From NCBI RefSeq assembly GCF_001194135.2, contig NC_068996.1:30219610-30274112 (forward strand): a stretch of 54,503 nucleotides of DNA, written 5' to 3'. The position numbers and the translations under genes are program-made. The notes beneath the pieces were generated by a model. That model had not been told where the DNA came from. It ran no database searches and saw nothing but the letters and a program-made list of their open reading frames with translations. The stretch's first letter is position 1, and every line of letters begins with the position of its first letter. This document shows positions 1-12,813 of this stretch, one piece after another. This stretch comes from Octopus bimaculoides. Taxonomy: Eukaryota.

Positions 1-2830
1 GTATTTTATGTGCCACCCGCGCAAGAGCCAGTCCAGGGGCACTGGCAACGATCTCTCTCGAGAGTCCTTACACATACTGTGGGCACAAGTGCCAGGAAGG
101 CGACGCTGGGCACAGGTGCCATCACGATTTCGTTTGCCCCAATAAGTCTTCGCAAGCTGTGTTTCGTGTCCAATGAAGGAGACAACGTTGGCATGGGTGC
201 CAGTCGTAGAATTTAACTCGATTTCGATTTCACTTGCCTCAACAGGTCTTCGCAAGTGGAGTTTAGTATCCAATGAAGGAAGGTACGCATAAGTGGACTT
301 GCTGAGGCCTTAGATTTAGGTCTAACTTGGGTTGCCGGGTCTTCTCATGCACAGTATATTTCCAAAGATCTCGGTCAGAAGTCATCGCCTTAGTGAGGCC
401 CAATGTTTGAAGGTCGTGCCTCACCACCTCATCCCAGGTCTTCCTGGGCCTACCTCTTCCACAGGTTCCCTCAACTGCTAGGGTGTGGCACTTTTTCACA
501 CAGCTATCCTCATCCATTCTCACTACATGACCATACCAGCGCAATCATCTCTCTTGCGCACCACAACTGATGCTTCGTAAGTTCAACTTTTCTCTCAAGG
601 TACTAATACTCTGTCTAGTATGCACACTGACATTACACATCCATCGGAGCATACTGGCTTCATTCCTTGCGATCCTACGCATGTCCTCAGCAGTTACAGC
701 CCATGTTTCACTGCTGTGAAGCATGGCTGTTCGTACACATGCATCATACAGTCTGCCTTTTACTCTGAGTGAGAGGCCCCTTGTCACCAGCAGAGGTAAG
801 AGCTCTCTGAACTTTGCCCAGGCTATTCTTATTCTAGCAGCTACACTTTCAGCGCACCCACCCCCACTACTAACTTGGTCACCTAGATAGCGGAAGCATC
901 TTATAGAGTTCCTACCCACACCTTTTCTACAGATTGAGCAGGGCCATCTACCTGAAGGGGTTTGTGTTTTATCTACCTTCCTACTTATTAGGACTTTGGT
1001 TTTAGCTAGGTTCACTCTAAGGTCCTTTGATTCTAGTCCTTGCTTCCACACCTGAAACTTCTCCTCTAGTTCTGATAGTGACTCAGCAATTAGTGCAAGG
1101 TCACCAGCATAGAGGAGCTCCCAGGGGCATCCTGTCTTGAATTCCTCTGTTATTGCCTGGAGGACTATGATAAATAGGAGGGAGTTGAGAACAGAACCTT
1201 GGTGGACCCCTACCTCTACCCAGAATTCTTCACTGTACTCATTGCCAACCCTCACTTCACTAACAGCGTCTCTGTACATGGCTCGCACAGCTCTGACTAA
1301 CCATTCTTCTATCCTTAGTTTCCTCATTGACCACCAGATAAGGGATCGGGGGACCCTGTCGAAGGCTTTCTCCATGTCAATGAAAGCCAGGTACAGAGGT
1401 TTATCCTTGGCTAGGTATTTCTCCTGAAGCTGTCTTACCAGAAATATAGCATCAGTGGTAATTTTTCCAGGCACGAACCCAAACTGCATCTCATCTAAAC
1501 NNNNNNNNNNNNNNNNNNNNNNNNNNNNNNNNNNNNNNNNNNNNNNNNNNNNNNNNNNNNNNNNNNNNNNNNNNNNNNNNNNNNNNNNNNNNNNNNNNNN
1601 NNNNNNNNNNNNNNNNNNNNNNNNNNNNNNNNNNNNNNNNNNNNNNNNNNNNNNNNNNNNNNNNNNNNNNNNNNNNNNNNNNNNNNNNNNNNNNNNNNNN
1701 NNNNNNNNNNNNNNNNNNNNNNNNNNNNNNNNNNNNNNNNNNNNNNNNNNNNNNNNNNNNNNNNNNNNNNNNNNNNNNNNNNNNNNNNNNNNNNNNNNNN
1801 NNNNNNNNNNNNNNNNNNNNNNNNNNNNNNNNNNNNNNNNNNNNNNNNNNNNNNNNNNNNNNNNNNNNNNNNNNNNNNNNNNNNNNNNNNNNNNNNNNNN
1901 NNNNNNNNNNNNNNNNNNNNNNNNNNNNNNNNNNNNNNNNNNNNNNNNNNNNNNNNNNNNNNNNNNNNNNNNNNNNNNNNNNNNNNNNNNNNNNNNNNNN
2001 NNNNNNNNNNNNNNNNNNNNNNNNNNNNNNNNNNNNNNNNNNNNNNNNNNNNNNNNNNNNNNNNNNNNNNNNNNNNNNNNNNNNNNNNNNNNNNNNNNNN
2101 NNNNNNNNNNNNNNNNNNNNNNNNNNNNNNNNNNNNNNNNNNNNNNNNNNNNNNNNNNNNNNNNNNNNNNNNNNNNNNNNNNNNNNNNNNNNNNNNNNNN
2201 NNNNNNNCAGCCACAAAGAGAAGGTCCCTGTCATTCGTCGACGAGGTAGTTTGCAAGAGGGTGTCATAAAATTGATCTTTCTGTCCGTCAGGTATCCCGG
2301 GCTGAGGGGTATAGGTCGAGATAATGGTTGCTAACCCATGTTGAAGGACTAATCTAATCTTAAGTATTCTATCGGATACCCTAATTACCTCGATTACCTT
2401 ATCCACCCATTTCTCTGCAAGAAGTATACCCACACCCCCGACCCCGTCTGTGTTCCCTGCCCAGAAAATCTTGTACCTGTGTTCTTTGCCTGTGAGGAAC
2501 CTAGCGGAACCTCCTCTCCACCTTACTTCTTGGAGGCAGCAGATATCGACATATCTCTGTTCAAGCATCTCAACAAGCTCACCAGACCTACCTTTCAGAG
2601 TTCCGACGTTGAGAGTGCCAAACCTGAGGGTGTGGGAGGTATGGGTCCGTAAGACCCTGGGGTGGGGAACAGCAGCGTCAAATACCTGAAAAGAAAGCTT
2701 GCATTTTGCAGAATTCATAGACAATCAGTAGCATTCATTTCAGCCTGAATCTACTACACTATCGTATTTTGCACCAAATGATCGCTACCTTACATAGGGG
2801 ATAAACCCTAAGTGGGGGTAGGTCTTTAGA
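1..2830 (-). mobile_element. Near full-length degenerate RTE-clade LINE (APE endonuclease + RT + 3' UTR), gap in the middle
   Basis: APE motifs (GTLNVGTL, CLQEVRW, GVGILLAEKW) at 2208-2724; RT motifs (QFGF, DMEKAFD, GVHQGS, YAGD for YADD, FRYLGD, WYGHV) at 263-1489; single-ORF layout. Confidence 0.92.
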
Positions 2831-3063
2831 AGTGTTCATGGAAGACAGTCAAGTACTTCCTGTATTGGTGTAGGAGATAGGAACTTCCGGTACTGGTGGT
2901 NNNNNNNNNNNNNNNNNNNNNNNNNNNNNNNNNNNNNNNNNNNNNNNNNNNNNNNNNNNNNNNNNNNNNNNNNNNNNNNNNNNNNNNNNNNNNNNNNNNN
3001 NNNNNNNNNNNNNNNNNNNNNNNNNNNNNNNNNNNNNNNNNNNNNNNNNNNNNNNNNNNNNNN

Positions 3064-3392
3064 NCTTGACTGCGACCATGCTGGAGCATCACCTTTAGTC
3101 AAACAAATCGACCCCTGGAGTTATTCTTAGTAAGCCTAGTACTTATTCTATCATTTTCTTTTGCCAAACCGCTAGCTAACGGGGATGTAAACTGTTAACA
3201 TCAGTTGTTAAGCGATGGTGGGGGACAAACACACACACACACATGCACATATGACAGGCTTCTTCCAGTTTCCATCTACCAAATCCACTCACAAGGCTTT
3301 GGTTGGCCCAAGGCTATAACAGAAGACACTTGCTCAAGGTGCCATGCAGTGAGTCTGAACTTGGAACCATGTGGCTGGTAAGCAAACTACTT
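3064..3392 (-). mobile_element. tRNA-derived SINE
   Basis: Head/body matches the copies at 33868-35990 and 48880-49080; internal (CA)n. Confidence 0.75.
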
Positions 3393-3395
3393 AGT

Positions 3396-5750
3396 CATCA
3401 TCATCATCATCATCCTCATTCACCATCCGTTGTCCGTGCTGGCAGGGGTTGGATGGTTTGACTGGGCTGGCATGCTGGAGGGCAGTGCCAGGCTCTAGTC
3501 TGATTTGGCATAGTTTTATACAGCTGGATGCTCTTCTTAATGCCAACCACTCTGAAAGTGTAATGAGTGCTTTTATGTTCCACCAGCATGGGTGCCATTT
3601 GCATGAAACCAGCATCTGCCACAACTGTAATTTTGCTTAGCTTGATGGGTCTTCTTCTCAAGCACAACATACTATGAATGGTCTTAGTCATTGCCTCCAT
3701 GAGGCCCAACACTTGAAAGGAACTTGGCCACTTTGCTTCCATGGGGCCCAATGCTCGAAAGGAACTCAGCCACTTTGCCTCCATCAGGCCCAATGTTCAA
3801 AGGTTGATTTTTTATGTGCCACCAGCATGGGTGCACTTGGTTTGATGGGTCCTCTTAAGCAGTGCATTGCTAAAGGTCTTAGTCATTGCCTCTGTGAGGC
3901 CCAAAGTTCGAAGATCATACTTCACCACTTCATCCCATGTCTTCATGGGTCTACCACAACCACAGATTCCCTCCACAGTTAGAGATCAGCACTTCTTTAC
4001 ACAGCTGTCCTCATCCATATGCATCACATGACCATACCAATGCAATTGTCTCTCGTGCACATCACATCTGATTCCTCTTATGCCTAACTTTTCTCTCAAG
4101 ATGCTTACACACTGACATTGCACATCCAATGAAGCATATTGGGCTTCATTTCTCTCAAGCCTACACAAACTCTTGGCTATGTTTTTGGAATATCCACCTT
4201 CACTATTAACCTGGTCATCTAGATAATGGAAGCTTTCTACTATCTCTAGCTTTCTCCCTTGGCAGTTGATGGAGTCTATTTTCCGAACATGTTCAGCATT
4301 TATTATGCCTGTGCATCTTCCACATACAAAAGTTAGTTTCTCTGCTAACCTTCCTTTGATGTTGCTGCACCTTTTGTATGTCCAAAGTTTACACTGGATG
4401 CATCTTACGGAGTTTCTACCTACACATTTTCTACAGACTGAGCAGGGCCATTTACCCGAGGGGACTTGTGATTTGTCTGCCTTCCTACTTACTAAGACTT
4501 TGGGTTTTGCTAGGTTAACTCTAAGGCCCTTTGATTCTAGACATTGTTTCCATACCTGGAACTTCTTCTCTAGCTCAGGTAGTGATTCAGTTATAAGACC
4601 AAAGTCATCAGCATAGAGGAGTTCCCCGGGGCAGCCTGTCTGGAATTCCTCTGTTATTGCCTGGAGGACTATATTGAAGAAGAGGGGGCTGAGCACCAAT
4701 CCTTGGTGAACCCGTACTGGTACTCTAAATTCTTCGCTGTAATTGTTGCCCACCCTCACCTTACTGGTAGTGTCCTTGTACACCTCTCACCAACCATTCG
4801 TCTATCCCTAGTCTCCGCATTGACCACCAGATAGGGGTTGAGGGACTCTGTCAAAAGCTTTCTTCAAGTCAACAAAAGCCAAGTACAGAGCTTTATCTTT
4901 GACTAGCTATTTCACCTGTAGTTGCCTTACCAAAAATATAGCATCAGTGGTGCTTCGACCTGGCTTAAAACCAAACTGTATCTCATTGAGATTAACTCTC
5001 TTCCTGATTAGTTCGGCTATGACTCTCTCTGCAACTTTCATCACCTGATCCAACAATTTGATACCTCTGTTATTATTTCTATCTAAAGCATCACCTTTAC
5101 CTTTGTAGCAGTTGACTATGGTGCTGCTACCCCAGTCATTGGGTATGACTCCTTCATGAACCACCTGATTTACAATACAAGTGACTAGACCATAACTCCA
5201 GTAGTCTTGTTCTGAGCTGCCGTCTGACATGCCCATTGAAATCCCCAACCACAAAGATGAGATCATTGTCACTCGTCATGGAGGTAACCTGCAGAAGAAT
5301 ATCATAAAAGTGGTCCTTCTGTTCATTTGGTAGGCCTGCTTGTGAGGCGTAGGCAGATATAGTTGTTATTATACTATTCTGCAAGACTAGCCTGAGCTTA
5401 AGTACTCTATCACAGACTCTAACTAACTCTATGAACTTATCCACCCATTTCTCAGCAAGGAGTATGCCCACACCACCTACTCTGTCACTGTTACCTTTTC
5501 AGAAGATTTTATACCTATGTCTAGCCTTTGAGGAACCTGGCTGAAGCTCCTCTCCACCTAACCTCTTGGATGCAACATATATTAACATGCTTTCTTTCAA
5601 GCATCTCTACAATCTTGTTAGATCTACATTTCAGTGTGCTTACATTTACAGTGCCAACTCTGCAAACTGGAAAAGGGATGTGGCAGGGAACTTGGGAAGG
5701 AGAGATATTATTCAGCACCTGAAAAGGTTTTTATGATTGTTCAATACCAG
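3396..5750 (-). mobile_element. Degenerate RTE LINE copy 2 with internal deletions, duplicated 3' end and (GAT)n tail
   Basis: APE fragments 5154-5718, RT fragments 3986-5272 (YADD, WYGHV), (cat)n at 3396-3415 on the + strand. Confidence 0.88.
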
Positions 5751-5854
5751 ACATAAGATAACAGTTGCTCTCACTTTTTACCAATCAGCATTTAAACAAG
5801 TTAAAATTGTTGCCTCTACTAGGTGAGAGTAAAGTAGGCAGGGCTGCTATTTGG

Positions 5855-6140
5855 TTGGGTTAAGACCCGGCAAGCCAAGTAAGATCGTTGCCAGTGCCCC
5901 TGGACTGGCTCTTGTGCGGGTGGCACATGAGATGCACCATTTTGAGCGTGGCCATTGCCAGTACCGCCTGACTGGCTCCCGTAGGATTTTCGAGTGAGAT
6001 CGTTGCCAGTGCCCCTGGACTGGCTCTTGTGCGGGTGGCTCATAAAAGACACCATTTCGAGCGTGGCCGTTTTCGTGCGGGTGACACGTAAAAGCACCCA
6101 CTACACTCTCTGAGTGGTTGGCGTTAGGAAGGGCATCCAG
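5855..6140 (+). mobile_element. RTE 3' UTR fragment with tandem ~60-bp units
   Basis: Reverse-complement match to 1-60 and 23350-23530. Confidence 0.8.
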
Positions 6141-7559
6141 NNNNNNNNNNNNNNNNNNNNNNNNNNNNNNNNNNNNNNNNNNNNNNNNNNNNNNNNNNNN
6201 NNNNNNNNNNNNNNNNNNNNNNNNNNNNNNNNNNNNNNNNNNNNNNNNNNNNNNNNNNNNNNNNNNNNNNNNNNNNNNNNNNNNNNNNNNNNNNNNNNNN
6301 NNNNNNNNNNNNNNNNNNNNNNNNNNNNNNNNNNNNNNNNNNNNNNNNNNNNNNNNNNNNNNNNNNNNNNNNNNNNNNNNNNNNNNNNNNNNNNNNNNNN
6401 NNNNNNNNNNNNNNNNNNNNNNNNNNNNNNNNNNNNNNNNNNNNNNNNNNNNNNNNNNNNNNNNNNNNNNNNNNNNNNNNNNNNNNNNNNNNNNNNNNNN
6501 NNNNNNNNNNNNNNNNNNNNNNNNNNNNNNNNNNNNNNNNNNNNNNNNNNNNNNNNNNNNNNNNNNNNNNNNNNNNNNNNNNNNNNNNNNNNNNNNNNNN
6601 NNNNNNNNNNNNNNNNNNNNNNNNNNNNNNNNNNNNNNNNNNNNNNNNNNNNNNNNNNNNNNNNNNNNNNNNNNNNNNNNNNNNNNNNNNNNNNNNNNNN
6701 NNNNNNNNNNNNNNNNNNNNNNNNNNNNNNNNNNNNNNNNNNNNNNNNNNNNNNNNNNNNNNNNNNNNNNNNNNNNNNNNNNNNNNNNNNNNNNNNNNNN
6801 NNNNNNNNNNNNNNNNNNNNNNNNNNNNNNNNNNNNNNNNNNNNNNNNNNNNNNGGGGGTGGGAAAGGGTGGGCACATTGCAAAAAGGAAATGGAAGAAA
6901 AGGCTTGCAAAAAAATGAAATGGAAGAAAAGATTACAAAGTTCATTTAACTCAGCATTGATTAGCATGTCAGTAATGTAAGTTAAATAAATGATAAGAAT
7001 GATGAATGATTAAAAAAGCAAGAGAATTTCTTAGCTTAGCAGCTGGATATTTTGCATCGTGATATGATGGTGTCAAATAGCACAGCAAGAAAGAAGGTTT
7101 GAGAGGAAAGCCATGTGTTTTTATAGTCAGGAGGGGTCAAAGAGTAGCTGACTTCACCACAAGGAAATCGAAATAGCAACAGATATATATATATATAGAT
7201 AGATAGATAGATATATAAATATACATATATAAATGAATATATAAATATATCATAAAATATATTTGCCAACTAAATGCAGCGGTCCTATAGAAGACGATGT
7301 TACTGTTGTTTTTAGCCCAAGGAAGACATCTCCTCCAGCTGATTAATGCCACACTGTCTGTGTCCAATTAGTAATTGTTAGAGGAGGTCATTGCTCCCAT
7401 CTCTAGGTTTACATGATACACACAGACCTGGGTTTCTGGGTACTTACCCATCTTCAGTGTGTGATAATCACCAGCTAGTAATGAAAACTCATTCCACTCG
7501 CAAAATATTATATGCTTTTCCAGTGACAAACTATAAATAATTATATATATATATATATA

Positions 7560-8755
7560 CAGGGTGCGTAAGGTATTTGAGGACATACGTTTTTGGGGGT
7601 CATTGCTCCATTTTTTTGCTAACTGTGTATAATCTTTGTTTCAGAAAATAATAATGGCAGACCCTCAGATTAACTCAAGAAATGAAGAGGGATGCTGTTA
7701 TTGTGGTTATAAAGGCTGAGTAGAGTGATTTAGAAATATCTTGAGTTTTAAAAATTGCCAGATCTTTTGTCTACAAAGTTTGCAAGGAGCTAGAGACTGA
7801 AGACGGAAATGTATCAACAGTATCAAAGCATAAAAAGCATTCTAAACACTCTGAAATCATCAGAACACCTGAATTTTTCCAGCAAGTTCAACAGACCATT
7901 GATTACAATCCCAGAAAGTCCATGAGGTCAATTGCAAAAGGTTTCCATGTGTCAGAAGGAACAGTCAGAAATGTTGTCAAGGAAGACATCAGATATAAGT
8001 CTTATATGATGAGGAAAGGTCAATTTGTCAGAAAAAGCAAAAGAAAAGCACTACATCAAATCTAAAAGGCTCTTAAACAAACTGAAAAATACAGCACAAA
8101 ATTTTATTTGGTTTTTTTCAAATGAGAAAAACTTCAACCAAGATCAAAAAGTTGGCAGAAAAAATGTCAGATGGTTATGTGCAGACCCTTCTGAAGTTCC
8201 AGGTGTTATACATATAAAATTTCCTGCAACTGTCATGATTTTAGGAGTTGTCAGCAATGAAGGACATGTGATGCCTCCTTATTTCTTTCCACAAGGCCTT
8301 AGAGTTAACTCTGCCACCTGGAAATAATTGTTCAGCCCTGGATAGGTAGTGTATGCAATGAGAGGCCATATGTGTTTCAGTAAGACTTTGCACTATCACA
8401 TATGGCTCTAGTAACACAGAAATGGATGGCTGAAAATTTTCATAATCACATAACCCCTAACATTTGGCCTCCTAATTCCCAAGATCTCAAAACATTGGAC
8501 TATAACATGTGGATTATTGTTGAGAGAGGGAGAGATCAATGAACATGCCCATAACACCAAAGATTCTTTGAAAGCTGCCATAGTCAGAGTAATGTCCAAA
8601 ATGAACCAGGACCACTTGATTCGAGCATGTAGATGATTTAGATCTTATATAGAAGCAGTCGTTGAAGTTGAAGGTGGCTTTATTGAATAACATTATAGAA
8701 AAGAAGGTTTATTTTTATTCTCATAGCATTTTTTGATAAATAAAGTTATTATCTG

Positions 8756-8756
<1 letters not shown>
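7560..8756 (+). mobile_element. Tc1/mariner DD37D (maT)-like transposon, defective, right TIR lost
   Basis: TA|CAGGGTG start; transposase motifs FFSNEKNFNQDQK, VMILGVVSNEG, WPPNSQDLKTLDY, GFIE-stop; several stops and frameshifts; ends in (TA)n. Confidence 0.88.

Positions 8757-8815
<59 letters not shown>
8757..8815. repeat. (TA)n microsatellite (other long runs at 27707-27755, 14426-14463, 9516-9538)
   Basis: Direct inspection. Confidence 0.95.
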
Positions 8816-8817
<2 letters not shown>

Positions 8818-8820
8818 AAA

Positions 8821-9369
8821 AAATTTGGAGTCAACAAAGAGTACAGTTGGATATTTATTTTTCAATCACTACAATTGTTTCTATGCAACGTAGTTCTCCA
8901 GGCATGAAGGTACTTGATTATGAAATCATTTCCCTGCATTATGAAATCTAGTTGTGTCTCCATAAGTTCAGATTCTTAGCCTCAAGGACACTCTCTCTGT
9001 CTGTTATGGCCTGAATTTAGTAGTAGCCACTGAATTTATTAATGTGTGTTGTTGCTGAATGACTGTTTTCAAATTTTGCCAATAGTTCATTAGCAACAAC
9101 ACACCTTGATGAACTCAGTGGTTACTACTAAATTTAGGCCATGACAGACAAGGAAGCCAAGGATTTGAACTTACGGAGACAAAATTTACATATCGCCTGA
9201 GGAAACACAGCTAGATCTCATAATGCACGGAAATGATTGCATAATCAAGTACAAACGATTGCATAATCAACTACTTTCATGCCTGGAGAACTATATAACA
9301 TAGAAACAATTGTAGTGATTGAAAAATAAATGTCCAACCATACTCCTTCTTGTTGACACCAAAGGTTTT
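8821..9369. repeat. Long imperfect inverted repeat (foldback/MITE-like), arms ~8821-9063 and ~9085-9369
   Basis: Arms align as reverse complements over about 240 bp, e.g. tttatttttcaatcactacaattgtttctatg versus catagaaacaattgtagtgattgaaaaataaa. Confidence 0.9.
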
Positions 9370-9514
9370 CAATTATCTGTTCACATGCAACAGGTGTCCA
9401 ATTGCAAACCTGGAGGTACGCATAATACTACTACTGGATAGTACAGGGTGAAATCTGAAGGTGGACAAGCTTTAAACTGTACTCTACTACATACTTAACA
9501 GAATGTACCATAAC

Positions 9515-9548
<34 letters not shown>

Positions 9549-10329
9549 TATGTATGTATGTATCTAACTATGTACTTTTATTTATACACTCATACATACA
9601 CATACCTATTTAGTTAAATAAGATTCAAAAGACCTTGGTGAATGCTATGCAAATCTCATCCACAGTTATTGGCTTCCTGATGTCACCATACAATGGAAAT
9701 TCTTTCATTACTCGATACAAATCAGGAATTCCATAGTATCCATAGGGTGTATATAAATGATTGATAGAAAATGGAAGTAATGACATTCATTATTTAAAAT
9801 CATTACAATTGTTTCAACACATTTTTACATCCTTAATATATTGGTGAGATGTTTAATCATTATCTGATATCCAAGGTGTAAAATGCATCTTCCCAGGTAA
9901 TTATTTAAATAAGTCCTTCCTTCTATTCCCTTGCCATTTCACTCAGGCATGATAATGTATACCCAAAACGATGTGTTGTTTCCAGTAGTTTACAGACAAA
10001 AGTAATACTAGATATAGTGACAGATAAAATACAATTACAATCAAAATACACAAATAAAAAATACAAAAAAAAAGAAAAGAAAAAGGTCAAGTTGACTATA
10101 AATTACCATGCTATCTTAATCTTCCTTGATTTCATGACCATCATCTGCAGCACATATGGAAAGAGAAATGCAGTATCCGGTTATGAAACTGCAACAGAAT
10201 GCTGCCTACCTAGTTATAGTTTTGAGTGGCACCTTCTGTAGCATATCCATCATGCATAGCGCTCTTCATCTGCTGTTTCAACCATTGAGATCTGTTGTAA
10301 CCACAATCTGCTTGATCCACTATTGGGTC

Positions 10330-12280
10330 TTTGAGGGTTGGTTGTGCTTAGTTTGGCTATTCGTCTTTGACCTTGCTGCCAAGAGTGGACCTACCAGGAG
10401 TTTAGAACTCCTACAGCATCACTCTCAGAGTCATTGGTCCATGCAAGAAGTGACCATCAGGAGCTAAAACAGGACTGTCAAATAAAACTAAGAGAACTGC
10501 TGAACATTTGATGGCAACAAAAAGCAGTCAAACTTTTGCAGATGCACATCATCTCAGAAATTTCTATCCTGGAATAAAACAACTATCTGGATCAGTATAA
10601 ACATCACTTGGATCCCTTCTTGCAGCTGATGATACAAACATCCTGATCAATCCAAAAAACATACTCCTATGCTGAAGGGAATATTTTCCCACCCTCCTAG
10701 ACAGGTGAGGACTTCCTGAGGAACATTCCAAATCATCCTCCTCAGCTGTGAATGAACATGAAGCTTACCTTTCAAGAATTCAAGCAAGTTAAGAAGCAAA
10801 TGAAATCAAAGAAATCCCCAGATAACATTCCTTTTGAACTGATCAAACAGGGAGGCTTACCCTTGCACACTTGCATCTTCACCCTCATTCTGAAGATGTA
10901 GAAATCTCAACAAGTTCCTAAAGAATTGAAAAATGCAGTTGACATAATTATCTTCAAAAAAGGTGATCAAAAAGCCTGAAGGAACTATAGAGGGATATCA
11001 TTACTCATCATCATTGGAAAGATCTTTGCCAGGAATCTTATAAATCAGCTCCAGACCATCGTTGAAAAGATCCAACCAGAATCTCAATGTCGATTCTGTG
11101 CTACTTGTGGTACACTCGACATGACTTTTCTGTGCAAGGTATCTTCAAGAAAAATGCAGGGAAGAACAAAACCTCTTTTCCTTGTTCTCAATGACTTAGA
11201 AAGGCCTTTGATAGCATTCCAAGAGCTGCTATGTGGAAGGTTCTTCACCGTTTTGGATGTTCTGACTACTTTATCTCTCTGGTTCAAACAATGCATGACA
11301 ATATCTGAATGTGTATTCCACCAAAACAATGTCAGAAAAATTTCCGATCATGTACGGACTAAGACAAAGATATATCTTTGCACCTATGCTATTCATCTTG
11401 TATCTGGATGCAATGCTTCTAGAACTTCCTCCAGGCAATCTAGAAGTTAACATCAGATATTGGTATGATGGAGGAATTTTCAATCTTAGTAGACTTCGAT
11501 TTAAATGTCTAATGCACATACAACACATCTCAGAACTTCAATATGCTGCCCTCTGTCATTTAAAAGAACTTCAACAGTTTGTATACAACTTTGCTATAGC
11601 CTACCATAACTTTGATCTTATGGTAAACATCAAGAAAACCAAGCCCCAAATACCAGATTTTGATATTACCATCTCTAGTACAAGTAGAACAACTTTGATG
11701 TCTAAGCAGCCTTTTATCAAATAAGTGCACATCAGAAAAGGATGTGGAACACAGAATTGCAGCTGCACATGGGGCATTTGGAAAGCTAATCAAATGTCTT
11801 CAACAACAAAGATCTGAACTTAACAAAAATTATGGTCTATAATGCTTTTGTCATTTCAACATTGCCATATGGCTGTGAAACCTGCACTCTGTGTTGTTGC
11901 AACATCCAATAATTAATACGCTTTCACCAGCAAAAGCTTTGTTCAATCTTGAACAACAAATGGGAGGAAACACTATGTGACTAACAAAAAAGAAAGAGCC
12001 AACAGTCAAAGTATCGAACTGCTGGTCATGGAACATTATTTTTGATGGTCAGGCCATGTAACAAGAATGGAAGAGTCAAGGTTCCCATGCCAGGTCTTAT
12101 TCAGTGAGCTCACTTCAGGGAGCCCTCTTCAAAGATATAAAGACCAACTTGAAGCAACACTGAAAGTCACTGGATTTGAGCCCAAATCATTTGAAGCACA
12201 AGTCTGAGATTGTACCAAGTGGCAGTGTTCCATCATCAATGGAACCAAAAACAGAGAAAAGCTTGGCAAAAATCAACTTT
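10330..12280 (+). mobile_element. Degenerate RTE LINE of a second lineage (BovB/RTE-1-like)
   Basis: Frameshifted RT motifs: KSPxxDNIP, NYRGISL, QPESQC, GLRQ..FAPMLF, VNIRY.YDGGIFNLSRL. Confidence 0.8.
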
Positions 12281-12289
12281 GTCATCATC

Positions 12290-12778
12290 ATCATTGTTTA
12301 ATGTCTGTCTTCCATGCATAGGTAGGACAGTTGACAGGAGTTGGCCAGGTAGAAGACTACCTCAGGCTACTGTATTTGTTTTGACAGGGTTTTTACAGCT
12401 GGATGCCTTTCCTAACACCAACCACTCTGCAGAGGGGACTCAGTGCTTTTATGTTGCACTAGCACAGGCAAGGTTAGTTTTGGCATGATTTTTACAGCTG
12501 GATGCCCTTCCAAATGCCAACCATTTTACAGTGGATGCATTTTATGTGGAACCAATACTGGTTGGGTCACCAAATATCTTGCAAAACAAGGAATTTTGAG
12601 AGGGGCAGGGAGATTTGAGGAGGGAACTTGTGTCAAAGGATAAAAGGTGTGACAGAGAGATAGAAAGGCAGAAACAGGTGTCTTGCTATAATGGAGGGGG
12701 AAAATGATCGGTGTCAAATGATGAAAAGTTAGAGCATGACAGAGAAATAGAGAGGCAGAAACAAGGTACATGGTTACC

Positions 12779-12813
<35 letters not shown>

